Shown here in pieces: positions 1-12,499 of a DNA stretch of 64,000 nucleotides. The DNA comes from Camelus dromedarius. Its lineage: Eukaryota. Positions within the stretch are counted from its first letter, which is position 1. Every line of letters starts with the position of its first letter. The stretch lies in NCBI RefSeq assembly GCF_036321535.1, contig NC_087436.1, forward strand, positions 118,670,001-118,734,000. Reading direction: 5' to 3'. The position numbers and the translations under genes were made by a program. The notes below the pieces were generated by a model. That model saw only the letters and a list, made by a program, of their open reading frames with translations, made no database searches and was not told the DNA's origin.

Positions 1-1269
1 TCCCAGATCCGCCACCACATAGAAAGCAGCTCAGCTCTTCGGAACCTCAGCCTCCTTCGCTGCAGGAGGACGTTGCCAGCTCGTGGACTGGTGCAGACGA
101 TGCGTTACTGACAGCTAGCACACTGGCACACAGCAGGCACTCGAAAAATGGCAAAGAGATTATCATCATTATTTGTAACTGTTATCCTCTTGACCTCTGC
201 TCTAGATAAGCTTTCATAGGGAAGTCTCCTTTCAGAAGAGCTACCTCCCAACCCAGGGACGAGGAGGAGCGCCGAGGCGAGAAGTCCTGCACCGGAGCCT
301 GGTTTTGCTGCATTGATCATAAGCAACTCAGTAAGTTTAGTCCTTTTTCAGTCCTTCTGCAACTCAGTTTCCCCATCTGTAACATGGGGATTGTCTGACC
401 AGCCCTCCTCTCCCACAGAGGGCAGAGGAGGATCAGATGCAGTGGGGCACAGGAAAACACTTTTTTTAAAGTGCTTTTTAAAATTCACTTCACAGAATAC
501 AAATATACGCTGGTATGGCCCTGCTTCAAAACTCTGGGTGGCTCCCTACTGATTCTGGGAGAAGATCCAAGCTCCAGAGGCTAATGGTCCCGTTCCCAGA
601 ACTTTGTGACTGGGGGTTTTTCTACTTCGCCAGCCTCTTTGAGTGGTCGTTCCTGTCTGCCCCCCCCCCCATTCCCACCCCCACAGTCTCCATCTGCCAC
701 CGCCGGGAACTTCCATGACCTCTCCTCTCCCAACACGCATCCATCACATCAGGCTACACTCCAATTCCTCGCTCATGTGACCAGAGTCCCTGAGGGCTGG
801 CGCTGTCTCTCTCATCCCTGTGTCCCTAACACCAATACCCGGCCAGCCCGGACTCGCTAAATGTCTGCTGCTGGGATGGAGGGGGTGGGGGCTGTCTCAG
901 GCAGGGCTGTTTCACCCTGTTCTGTCCTGCAGTGGCTTCTCCCTGCAGGGCTCAGGCGCTTGTGGGGCAGCAGCGAGGTCCTCTCCGGCCTGGACCCACA
1001 TGGAGGACCCATTCTCAAGGCAGGTGCTCCAGTAGCCCTTAAGTGGTCCCCCTTAAGACAGAAAAAAAGCCAAAAGGCTGGGATCCTGGTGGCAAGCCTG
1101 CAGTGGGGAGGGGCAGGAGGAGGGCGTCAGGGAAGGAGGAGACCAGAGAGCAAGGGGGAGCAGAGGAGGGAAGGGAGCCAGGGCCGCCTTCCCTCGGTCC
1201 CTCTAAAACTGGAGGAATGACGTCGTTGGTTTAGGGGTGGAAAGTGGACTCCAGAACCAGCGCCCTCGC

Positions 1270-1430
1270 CACCTGAGCCCCTGGACAATTTACTTATCAT
1301 CTCTGACTCAGTTTCTGCATCTGCAAGAAGGGATGATCAAAATACAGGGCCCCACTGGGTGCCCGTGAAGGTTAAATGACTAAATAAATAGTAATGAGTG
1401 CCCAGCACCTGGGGAGCCCACAGGAAGTGT
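1270..1430 (+). mobile_element. MIR SINE remnant
   Basis: MIR core-like text 'atttacttatcatctctgactcagtttctgcatctgcaag...gttaaatga...cccagcacctgg'; boundaries approximate. Confidence 0.65.
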
Positions 1431-1948
1431 CAGCAGCTCTTCTTCAAAATCATGAATCATTCAAACGCATTGATCTTTCACATGCCACCGCTGCCTTTAT
1501 GATCCTTCTGTCCAAATACCATCCATACAAAAATTTCTGCAAGTTTCCCTTTATGGGAAAGCTCAACACAGAATTGAGCTTTAAAAAAAATCAATCTCCA
1601 CTCCTCTACACAAGAACTTTCACGGTGTCTCATTTCCTGTAGAATCCCAGCTCCTTGGTCTGGCCTCTAATGTCCTCTGTGATCTGGCCCAGTCAGCTTT
1701 GCTCTGTGTCCTGCTGCTTCTCCGTGAGTCCTCATCCCAGCCGCACCAATCCCTGGCACATTCCTTGCCCATTTCTTAGCTTCAAGTCATCTGCCCCCAT
1801 CTCACCTACCCATCCTTATCCTCATCTCATACGTCATTTCTGCCCCCAGACCGGGAGGAGCAAGTCTTCCTTCCACATGTGGATCTGGGAGATTCCAGGG
1901 CCTGGGAACAGGATTACTTGTAAATAATAACAGTAGTAGTAATAGTAG

Positions 1949-2439
1949 TGAGGTGGGAAGCCCCATGAAAAAGACCGGCAGGACCCCCAGGCAGGGCCAC
2001 TACTCTTCTGCAGGCACCATCCAGTTCCCTGGCCCAGGGGCATTATCTGGCTTTTTAAACTCTGAAACAGCTTACTTCTAAGAAAGTGGAACTCACTCCT
2101 AAGATTTTATTGGTTCCCTGAGCTAACTCCTGATTGGTCCATTTCCCTCACTCCTGATTGGTCCATTTCTACAAAGCTTGTTCCTAATTAGTCACCTTTG
2201 TTATACCTCATTTGCATATGATGTTGCAAAATGTTGTAAAGTCTAGACTGGTAGCCTACAAAAGCCTGTGTAAACCTAAAGACGGGGTCCAGAGCTTAGA
2301 GCGTTAACTCCTTTGGGCCCGCTAGCGTAATAAACCTGAGTTCTCCAACTCTCCAAGTGCTGCTTGGTCTCTCGCCAGGATCCAGGTTGCTGTCACAACT
2401 GAGCTGTCACACTGAGCTGTAACACACTTTGCTGCAACA
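1949..2439 (+). mobile_element. Solo ERV LTR (ERV1-like), 491 bp
   Basis: Starts TG (1949), ends CA (2439); 4-bp target-site duplication GTAG at 1945-1948 and 2440-2443; AATAAA at 2329-2334; repeated ATTGG (reverse CCAAT) boxes; TATA-like TACAAAA at 2257. Confidence 0.9.
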
Positions 2440-4049
2440 GTAGTAATAACAATAATGACATTTACAATAGTAACATTTGTGGCCAATAATGTGTTTTCAC
2501 CTTTATGGGCCAGAGATCATGCAAGCATCCTCCCATAGCCTGGGAGGCAGCATAGTGTTGACTTGACAGCGTGCATGTGGACCTGGACCACCTGGGTTCA
2601 AACCTAGCCCCCCACGTTCTGGCTGGGGGATCAGAGCTGTGCCCCCGGGTGACTGCTGTGCCTCCTTTTCCCAGCTGATGCACGTGCGTGCCAAAAGCAC
2701 TGCTTGGCAGGCAGAAAGTTCTAGATCCATGACTGCTGTGATTGAAGGGTGTTATTTTTCCCTCCCAGCAGCTTTATCAGGAAACTGTTTTGCAGAAGAG
2801 GGAGCTGAGGCTCACAGAGATGAGAGACCATCAGGGGGGCAGGGGTGGGTGCAGAGAAGGTGCCACATGGGATTTGGAGTCAACCCTTCGGTTAATCCCG
2901 GAGCCTGAGCTCACTCATCTTGGAGTTGCCAGCACTGACTGGATTCTTCCTTCAGTGTTTCCACAGGATGAGCTTGTGATCACCGGAACTCACTGGAAAC
3001 ACAGAATCAGACCCAGATCTACTGCCCTATTTGCCCCAGGTGAGCACGTGCACTTTGACCTCTGAGAAGCACTGCCCCATGGGCCAGGCATTCACTACCC
3101 TGTAAGGCAGTGGCTACTTTAGTTACCACCGGGCTCAGGACATGGAGAGCATCAGGCTGAATAAGAAACATTCATTAACTGACCTCAGGAGGCAATATCA
3201 CAACCTCCAATTAAATTCCTAATATCCTCCTTCCAGGCATGGTCTCCTGTGTTTAGGACCAGACTCCTGAGCAGATGGAGATGGTCCCAAGTGGTGGTCA
3301 AGGCTCTGAACTGGAAGCCTGGGCTCTTAGGTGTCCAGCCATCCAGTCTCCATTCAACAGATATGTCCTGAATCCAACCTTGATCTGGGCTCCATGCAAG
3401 GTGTGAGGTTGTGAAGAAGACCAAGGAAGACTTCAGCCTCCCCCAATGTGGTGGACGGGATAACCTTCACGTTGTTGGATAAAGCTCTTTGTAAGCATCT
3501 TCTGCATGAAGGGTTGAACTCACAAGCCAGTAAGGGAAATCTGCATGAAAGATGATGCCCCGGGAAGGCTGCACTGAACCCTGTAAGTTAGGGGAATGGA
3601 ATTTAACACTTATACAGAGAATCACAGACCTGGAACTGAGACCACCATAAAAATGAAGACTAGTCCCTCAGCAAAAGAATAGATCAGATGGGGAAATTCT
3701 GTTTTTAGCACAAGAGATCACAAGAATGCTTGTCTGAGCTCTAGGTGGGAAAAAATACCTCCCTTGAGAGTATGTGAGAATAGGCCTGCATCTCGTGGGA
3801 ATGTGGAGTTAAACTCATAGCATCCAAACGGCCCATAAGCCTCCAGTCAGTAAATGAACAGAAAAAGGTTTCCTGAGCCAATGAAACTCTGGTTATAAAA
3901 CTCCTAATATCCCTAACGCCCACAGGCCTGTGATATTTCTGATGCTTCTGGGCCAGTAATACCTTCCTGAAGTGCAGAACGGTCACATGGTCTAAGTCTG
4001 AACCCTAACAGTCTGAATACAGTCTTCGTGCTGCAGAAGAATATAACAA

Positions 4050-5660
4050 ACTTGAAGATTCGTCTGAGGAAATTATTTGGAACATTATTTGGAGAGACAA
4101 GAGTTGGAAAGCATGAAAGAGAGGCTATGAGCCGCTGAGAAAAAATGAGACAGTCCAGCAATGTTAATGTGAGTTGCAGAAGAAAAGAAAGGAAAAAGGA
4201 AGGAGGGTAATATTCAAATACATAATGATAGACTTTTCCAGAAATGCTGAAAAATATAAATCCTCAGATTAAACAATCAAAAGGTCCAAATAGGATAAAT
4301 AAAAATAAATATGTCTTATAGCAGAACTTTATAATCCCAAAGACAAAGAGAAGATTCTAAAAGCACCTAGAGAGAGAGAAAGAGACAGATTAAATAAAAA
4401 TAAATGGCAGTTACACCAATAGCAGCTGTCTTGATAGAAGCAAGAAGACAATGGAATAACCTTGTCATATTACCAAGAATAATTGAGGATCTAGAGTTCT
4501 GTACCCAGCTAAAAGATCATTCAATAGTGAAAACAAAATAAAGACATTTTCAGGCAAAGACTGAGAAGGTTAACTGCTAAAATACCTTGCTGATAAAGTG
4601 CTAGTAATCAGGAGGCTCCAGGGGGAACTAAACTGAACCCAAAAGGAAAAAATAAAATATAAGAAGGAATGGTAAGTAAAGAAATTGGTAAATTTAAACA
4701 AGTATTGATGATATAAAATAACAATGACTAATTTGAGATGTATAAAAGTAGAGCGGAAATATATTACTGAATAATATGAAAGATGCAAAAAGATGTGTGA
4801 TAATTGAAGCCTTCTAGGATCCTGTGTACAGGAGGAAGGTAGAGATATTAGTCCAAGGATGCACAGTGAAATGTTAAAAGGTAGTCACTAAAAGAATAGA
4901 AATATAATGTATACTTGAGGTAAAAAGGGAGTAAAGAAAACTTAATCAGTTTTACAGAAAGAAAGAAAAGAGAAGAACAAGAATCATAGCAAAGGTAGGG
5001 TAAATAATAGGCACAAAACAAGATGATGGAAATCAAATGTACATGTTATTATAATAATTATAAATGGACTAAACTCTCCATTAAAAATACATGGCCCATC
5101 CTATTGGATTTCTAAAATACAGCGATGTGCTGTTACCAGAGACATATATAAAATGTAAGGACAGAGAAAGATTGATTATTAAAAAATGGGAAAAGTTGTA
5201 CAAAGTAAATGCTAATCACCAAAGAAACTCAATGTAGCTATTTAACATTAAACAAAACAGACTTGAAAACATAAAACATTATTAAATATAAAGAGGGTCA
5301 CTACGTAATTGTAAAACAAAGATTGATAGCATGATAGAAAAATACTAGACTTATATGCACTGAATAATATAGCCTCAAAATACACAGTAAAATTTAAGAA
5401 AATTGGAAAGAGAAATTGCTTAATCTATACCATAGTTGGATGATTGAATACCTCTCCCTCGGACTTTGACAGATCAAGCATACAAAAGCACCAATAAGGA
5501 CAAATCATATTTGAAGAACACAATTAACAACCTTGATATAATGATATATAAGAGTCTAACACTAGCAATAACTAAGTACATCATTTTCAAGCACACATGG
5601 AACATTTGCAAAAAAGTGATCATAATCTTGGCAATAGAACAAGTCCCCACAAGTGAAAAA
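4050..5660 (+). mobile_element. Old degenerate LINE-1 fragment (ORF1 3' part into ORF2 endonuclease region)
   Basis: A-rich plus strand; L1-type phrases 'aatcctcagatt', 'agaagacaatggaataac', 'aaatggactaaactctccattaaaa', 'ggtcactacgtaat'; no intact ORF. Confidence 0.8.
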
Positions 5661-7349
5661 GATATTGGCGGGGGGGTTGCAATCAGTTTACTAGGTCTTC
5701 TAAACAAGCCATTTTTCTCCCTGGGCCTCAGTTTCCTCAAATGAGATAGTTGAGCTGATTCATCCCCAAGTCTCAGGTAGCTGCCTTATTTTTAAAACTT
5801 AATTGAGATCATCCTCAGTTTCAGTTCTGCTAAATATCACCCGGATCAAGACCAATTCTTCTCTCTCATTGTAAAAATCTGTCAAATCCCTTTCATAATA
5901 TAATATCAGTTTTCTTTTCGTTTTTATAATTTAAGACAAATGACACCTCTTTCTGCCTTGGCTTCACCCTAATCTTCCCAAGTTTGCTGCTTAGACAGAT
6001 GGCCCATTCATCAAATAGCGTGCCTTCCTCTGTCTGCTCATGTTTATCTGCTTCTTTGATTTATGAAAGAAATAGAACAAATCAATCACCATGCAGCCCC
6101 TCAGTCATTGTCCACAACCACGCAGCACGCTCTCACGCCGCCCTGTCTCCACTGCTCTCTCCCCTCCAATTCTTGCCCCACACAGGATCCAAAATGGTCT
6201 TCCTAAAACACACAAAGGCATTCCCTGCTGGAAGCCCCCCTGTGGCTGCAAGGGGGCCATGAACTCGAATACCTACAGCAGCCCAGCAGTGTGCTCACTC
6301 GGTGCTTTCCCTGGTACAGCCTGGGTCATTTTCTTCTCAGCATCCAGACTATGGAAAACTCTGCTCTACTGTAAAAGGTTTTCTTATGTGTTCATCTACT
6401 CCCCACCCTGCACAGCTTTAGAATCTGGCAAATGTCTGGAGGAGAAAATGAACCAGGTGTTTGACTCTCCGGCCTCCATCTCTAATTTTGTCTCTCTGGC
6501 CCCATGAGTGGGTATCTCTGCCTCCAGCAGCAGTATCCAGTGGACCAGGCCTGGACTCACTGCCTTTCCCCCAGGTTTCAAAACAAAACAAAACAACAAC
6601 AAAGAAAAGCAGCAGCTGGCTCCCCATGGATCTCCCCTCTCCAGAAGCTGACTCCCGTGGTCCTCGCTGCTTCAGCTGCTCCCTGAGGATTTCAGTGGAT
6701 CCTTTTTATATTTTATATAAAACAGCCTTTCTCATTGTTCTTGGCAGGAGTAGTTGTCTGCTGCTAACAACTCCACCCTACCCAGGACTGCACCTCACTT
6801 TAACCCCAAACTCACTGGCACCAAATGTCCAGAGGCAGGAGCAATGAACATGGGCAGAAAGTTCTGTGCCCACATCCTCCTGCATTCTGTGGCCAAAACA
6901 CCACAAAGTGACCTCATCGAGAGCTCCCACAAGACAGACTGTGGCTAGGCCATTCTGTTCCCCCTGTTAATTCAAGCCCCCTCAAAAATCATGCACCTCT
7001 CTCTTCCTTAGCACTTGAGGAGACCCTCATGCCTCTGCTGATATCAATATATTTCTCATCAGCGAAATCAACATGATTTTGCCATCCTGTTGTACAACAG
7101 AAATCGTACCTCTCATCCATGATTCAGCTTGCTATCATGCATTTTCTTTGACTCCTGAATTTCTTTCTGTAAGAAAGAACCTTAGTGCCCTCCTCCCAGC
7201 CCCTACTTTGCAGGCTAACTCTCACTATCATTTTTAAGGATCTGCAGACTTGGCTGGAATATTCCTAGTACAGTGAAGTCCTCAATGCAATAGGGAGCAT
7301 ACTTTGTTGTGTGGATAATGACATGGAAGTCAATGTGCCTGGCAAGGTA

Positions 7350-7700
7350 GCAGGGCCTCAGAAGATGTTGAAGCACCTGCTCTCTCTCTTGGATTGCTGC
7401 TTTGAGACTTCCAGGTGCAGAGTCCTGAGCTAGCCTCCTGGAGGATGAGAGGCCATGTGGGGCAGAGCTGAGCACCCTCGCTGAACAGACCAGCCCACTG
7501 ATGGCTGGTCCCAACCACCAGACATGAGGCTGTCTTAGACTACCCAGCCCCAGTTGAACAATCTGATGAGTACTGTCACATGAATGGCTCAAGTGAAACC
7601 GGCAAAAACCTCACCCATATAAGTAAATAAATAAAATGGTGGTGGTTTTAATCAGTAAGCTTTGCGGGTTGTTTTTTCATTCACCAATATCTAACCAATA
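7350..7700 (+). mobile_element. MaLR (MLT1-type) LTR remnant
   Basis: 'gagaggccatgtgg...cagacatgaggctgtcttagac...aaataaaatggtggtggttttaatcagtaagctttg' resembles the MLT1 3' half. Confidence 0.65.
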
Positions 7701-7739
7701 AAGCTTCCTTCTGTCAAATTGTTCTGATGATGATGATTT

Positions 7740-7940
7740 ACATTAACTGAGTGCTTCCTTTGTGCCAAGCTCTAAGTGTTTTCCAAGTTTAAAGCTCTTA
7801 TAATTCTTACAGCAACCCTATGAGTTAAGAACCATCATTGCTCATGCAGAGACTGAGGCCCCAAAAGATGAGGCAATTTGCCTAAGGTTGCACAACCAGC
7901 AGATGGCAGAGCACAGACTGGGGCTCTGGTGTGCTGTCCC
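7740..7940 (-). mobile_element. MIR SINE
   Basis: 'actgagtgcttcctttgtgccaagc...acagcaaccctatgag...gactgaggccccaaaagatgaggcaatttgcctaaggttgcaca'. Confidence 0.75.
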
Positions 7941-9119
7941 CAGTCCCTACTTCCTTTGCCACTGCTCACATCACTTTGCTCTCATCCTGGAAGCCTCTCC
8001 TCCATACCTTCTCCCCACCTCCTCTTAACTTCCCTCCAGGACCTGGATTGGCCTGACCCAGACTAGCCTGACCCCAGACCTAGACTTTCCCTAGCTAGAC
8101 GTTTGCTGAGTCTCTATTCTGGGTCAGGCTAGAAGCTTTCCAGAGAATGCCTGAAAAACCAGGATAATATAAAATCCTTAAAAATATGCCCAGTGCCTAA
8201 CCAAGCATGGCACAGCAGCTACTGAGAAACGTTTTAAATAACAGGTTTTTTCTGCTTCTAAAAATGGATATATGTTTATTCAAGTAAATTGGAAAAATAC
8301 AAGAAACAAAGAAACAAAAACACATGGAAGGAATGCCACCATGAGGAGACGTTCGCTTTCAACATGTTGACGTTTATCCTTTATGCAGCCAGAGTTTTTT
8401 CAATTTGAGCTCAGGCTGGGGGGAGTGATATTTAATAGAATCTCCCATGCAACCTTGCAATGTCATCGCATTGTCTTACAGGGACAGGAGAGTGTGCTGG
8501 TTAAGTGGCAGATTCTGGAGCTAGTCCCTTAGGCCACTTTGTAGATGTAGGCAAGCACCATCCCCATCTTACAGAGGGGCCGAGGGAAATAAGGACCCTC
8601 ACTCTAAGTCAGGAGCTGGGACCCAGATTGGCCTGACCCCAGACCTAGACTTTCCCCAGTTCAATGTGGGGCCCCCTCCCACCCACATCTCCTTGGGGAT
8701 GGATGTCCCCCAAGTCTCCTCCAAACTGAAGACCCCATTTCCCTTCTTCATCCTTCTTATGTCTTGGTTTCAGTCCCCCAAACCTCCTATTTACTGATGT
8801 TTATTCTTAAGAGTGGCTTTCAGCTCAACTGTGTGCATATTTATGGCGTGCTGGGCATCCGCCAGGTACCAGGGGAGGGGCGGGCTCTCAGGGGAAATCC
8901 CAGTCCAGCTGCCTAAGGAAACTGTGGGGAGAGGTGGCAGCTGATTTGAAATAATAGGGGGTAGAGGGTGGGTTACCAATGGACTGAAAAGGCCTTTATC
9001 CTGCACACTCCGGAAAGCAGAGATGATCAATGCCAGAAAAATCAATTGTAGCATCTGGTTTGCTCAGAGCTAAGATCAGGCAGTGTGTCTGAGGACAGGT
9101 CAGGAGCTTGGGGTCAGAC

Positions 9120-10090
9120 TGGACCCAAAGGGGTTGGAATCTCACCTTTGTCAATCACTGCGTGACTCGGAGAGTGACTTGTCTGCTCTAAGTCTTGGTT
9201 TCAGCATCTGTGAAATAGGAGGTGGTACCAGTTTCTCGGCATCATTACACAAATTAAATGTAACAACGTGTGGAAAGGCCTTGAAAAATGCCCAGCATAA
9301 AGTCAGTAGCTGGTGGGGCTTAAATCATTTTACCAAAAATAATACAACTGTCAAGTATTTGGTGAGGACTTGCTTTACGCCAGGCCCTGCTCTAAGCACC
9401 TACATATTTAGTTCACGTCCTCCTACACGGACATAAGACAGATTCTGTGGCTTATCTCCCTTTCATTTGAGGAAGTGGAGACACAGGGGGATTAGGTCAA
9501 CCTGCACCTTGGGGACCCGAGGCGGAGCAAAGGGGCGACTGACCAAGGGAAGGAGCGGAAGGCGTAGCATCAAGACAGAATGAGTGCCCCGGAGCAGCCC
9601 GGCATGGCCCCCGCTCTGACTGGGGGGTAGAAACGTGCCCTCTTAATACCTTGGCGGACCTCCCGGAGCCTCCGCCCTCCCAGGCTGTGCTGCACTGCGC
9701 TGGGGACAGAGATGAAAAGGTGGGTCTTGTCTTGGGGGAGCACGGAGCCTTGTGGGGAGAGAGACAGGCAGGCGACAGGACAACAAAGAGCAAGGTGGCC
9801 GGGACAGGGCTGATCGGGGCCATGGGACGTGGAGTCTGGGGAGCGCAGCGGCACCAGACGGAGGGTCTGGGAGGACTTCTGGGGGCTGGGAGGTGAGAAG
9901 GGGGAGAGCTAACACTTTCCAGGCACTGACTATGAGCCAGCCCCTCTGCTCTAATTCACTCGCTCTTATGAAAACCCATTTTACAGGGAGGGAAACTGAG
10001 GCACAGCCCCCTGAGACACTGGTCCAAGGCCCCATAGCTTGTGAGAGTAGTGGCTGGAATTCACACCAAGCACATCTGGCCCCATAGCCC
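9120..10090. mobile_element. Cluster of about three MIR remnants (~9120-9310 +, ~9350-9500 -, ~9915-10090 -)
   Basis: MIR core motifs 'ggtttcagcatctgtgaaatagg' and 'cccattttacagggagggaaactgaggcacag'. Confidence 0.65.
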
Positions 10091-10764
10091 ATCCTGAGAT
10101 TCATAGAATAAATCTTGATGAAAGACGTGTGGCTCCATCACTTGATCTGCACGGGGAGGTGCTCTGGGCTGAGAATTTTAAAACTCGTCCAGTGAAGGAG
10201 AGGATCTTGCTGGGTCCTGGGAGCCCCAGCCCCCACCATGTTGAGAGCTGAAGCAGAGGGCGAGGGGTTTCCCTTCATAAGCAGCATCCTGATTAGACAA
10301 CCCAGCAACCGCGTGACATCTCGATCCATCTTCCTTCAGGGGCTGTTCCCAATTTAGCTTGGCACACAGATTCCCCTGGGGCTGAGTGGGCTCCTGGTCC
10401 CAGGTCAAAGGTTTGGCTAAAGCCAAACCTCTGGGACTCACTTCATCTTCCTGCACGTCATCTTCCCCAGCATGGATTAGCCTGCCGGAGGTCCGGGGGA
10501 GGGAAAGCCCTATGTTGTATTCACACACGCGCTTCGTGACCCTGCACGGAGCATCTGTGCATCGGGGACTCACAGAAGGGCCCCAGGCGGGACAAAACCA
10601 GTCTCTGAGCACACCGGAGCTGCCACCCTAAGAGTCACAGCTCAGACTCACCTGGCCATCTGCCTCCTTCCGAAGCCTCTTTCTTTCCATCTCAGTGGCT
10701 TCTATTAATCATTTGAAGGAGACTTGAATTTTTCTTGAGCGTCTACTCTGTGCCGGGCTCAGGT

Positions 10765-11200
10765 TGATGGTGGCCAGCTGAGTCTCCCATCTGTTCCTTC
10801 GCACTCTGCTGTCCTCCCAGCCCCCAGCTCTGTCCATTTTCTGGGCCCCAGGAGGCCGACCTCTAAGACAACCCTAGGAGGCTGCCCTTAAGGGTGACCT
10901 CTCACTTGGTCTCTGACTTCTGGTTTGGTTTAGCCAACGAGAGGCACAAGGAGGAGTGTGGAGGGAAGCAGGAGAGAAGGTTCCAGAATTTATTCTCTGC
11001 TCCAGCGGGAGCAGGTCTGCAGGGGCAGGGCATCTGTCTCACAGCCTGGGGGCAGCAGCGCCCTCTCCTGGTCCTGTAGCCCTCGGGTGGTACCTGCTTT
11101 CCTTCTTGCCATCCCCTATCCCCTCCCCTCGCCCCCCAACAGTAAGTACACGCTCTTCAGTTACCCTTTTTGGGGCGTCTCCTCTTTCCTGCCAGGAACC
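10765..11200. mobile_element. Old ERVL-type LTR remnant (LTR33/LTR41-like)
   Basis: 'tggtttggtttagccaacgagaggcacaaggaggag...tttattctctgctcc...ggcgtctcctctttcctgccaggaacc' resembles the recalled LTR33-type consensus. Confidence 0.5.
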
Positions 11201-12339
11201 AGCCTGTGAGATGAAGAAGTCGCCCTCTGTGACCTCAGACATGACCCTCCCTTTCCCATTGATCCAAACTCTACCAGCTGGAGAGTCGGTTGTCAAGTCC
11301 CCTTTAGGGGTGCAGACACGGGGAGAGGAGCTGCAGGACCATCACCTGTCACTCCCGGAGAGGTGGATGTGGTCAGGCGAGAGGCACAGGCGGAACAAGA
11401 AGTTTCCTGGAGGGAAAGACCTAAGTAATTGGGATGCTCGGGGTGCCTTGGGGCAAAAAAGTGAGGCACCGAGAAGTAACCAAGTGAACCCAAAGTAGAG
11501 CACGAGGTCCAGGCGTGACAGCTGGGCATCTGCGCCCACGTGACAGATGGGAAAACGGAGCCTCCCCCAAACCACGTGACTGGTGAGCGGCAGGGGCAGC
11601 CTGGCCTGGGAGCCCTCCCTGCACTCCAGCCCTGGGGGCCTCCCTGTCTGACAACCTCTGGTCCCTCCCTCGGGCACCTGTGGGGTCCTGGTCAGTCTCT
11701 TTGAAGCCCCACATGAAGCCGCGTCCAGGCTGTAACTTAACACTCCCCCGAGTTCCGGAGGTGGGAACCACCCCCAGGAGCCCCAGCTGGACTTGTCCCT
11801 CTGCGATTCTGATAGGATCAAGGCTGCTTGACGTGCCTTCTCTCTTTAAAAACTCAGCTTAGAAAGTGCAAATTGCAAGCTCCCAGTCCACTGATCTTCA
11901 CCATAACCTCTGCATGAGATGAAAGGGAACCAGATGTCACCATTAAAACACCTATCCCAGACCATCATATAAAGAACTTGTCCCCACAAACTATCCGATT
12001 ACCTGGAGGTATAAGCCACACACGAGAGACCAGACAGGCTCGCGGTTCCTTCTCCTTATGTACCAGGTTTCAGAATAAGGAGCTGGTTCCTACCACCCTC
12101 CAAAGATCATCAGTGGGGTTTGCTTGTTTTGTTTTGTCTTGTGTCATTAAAAAATCATAAACTTGGGGGGAAAAACCCTCTTCCAGGCATCCCATTTCTG
12201 GGCAGCCATGGGACCTTGTCAATAACCTTAATGCCCCCAGCACCTTGTCTCTCCTTTGGTCTGTGACCCCCAGGGGACAAAGCTTCATCTTTCTAACCCC
12301 AGGAAGCACCCAGAGCAGGCGGTCAGTAACTACTGGGGC

Positions 12340-12440
12340 GTGAGTGAGTTGAGTGAGTGAGGGCATGAGTGAATGAGTGATGAGGAAACAATGAGTGAGT
12401 AAATGAATGAATGAGTGAGTGAACGAGACTGTGAGTGAAG
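12340..12440 (+). repeat. Degenerate (TGAG/TGAA)n simple repeat, probably an L2 tail
   Basis: tgagtgagttgagtgagtga...gaatgaatgaatgagtgagt. Confidence 0.75.
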
Positions 12441-12499
12441 GAGGGTGCACTCTCACAAAAGCACGTCAAAGCTTTGTAAGCTTACAAAGCACGTAAGCT

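Noticed and set aside
1..1300. CRMP1 first exon or promoter
   Set aside because: Expected nearby from recalled synteny, but no CpG island or CRMP1-like peptide is visible
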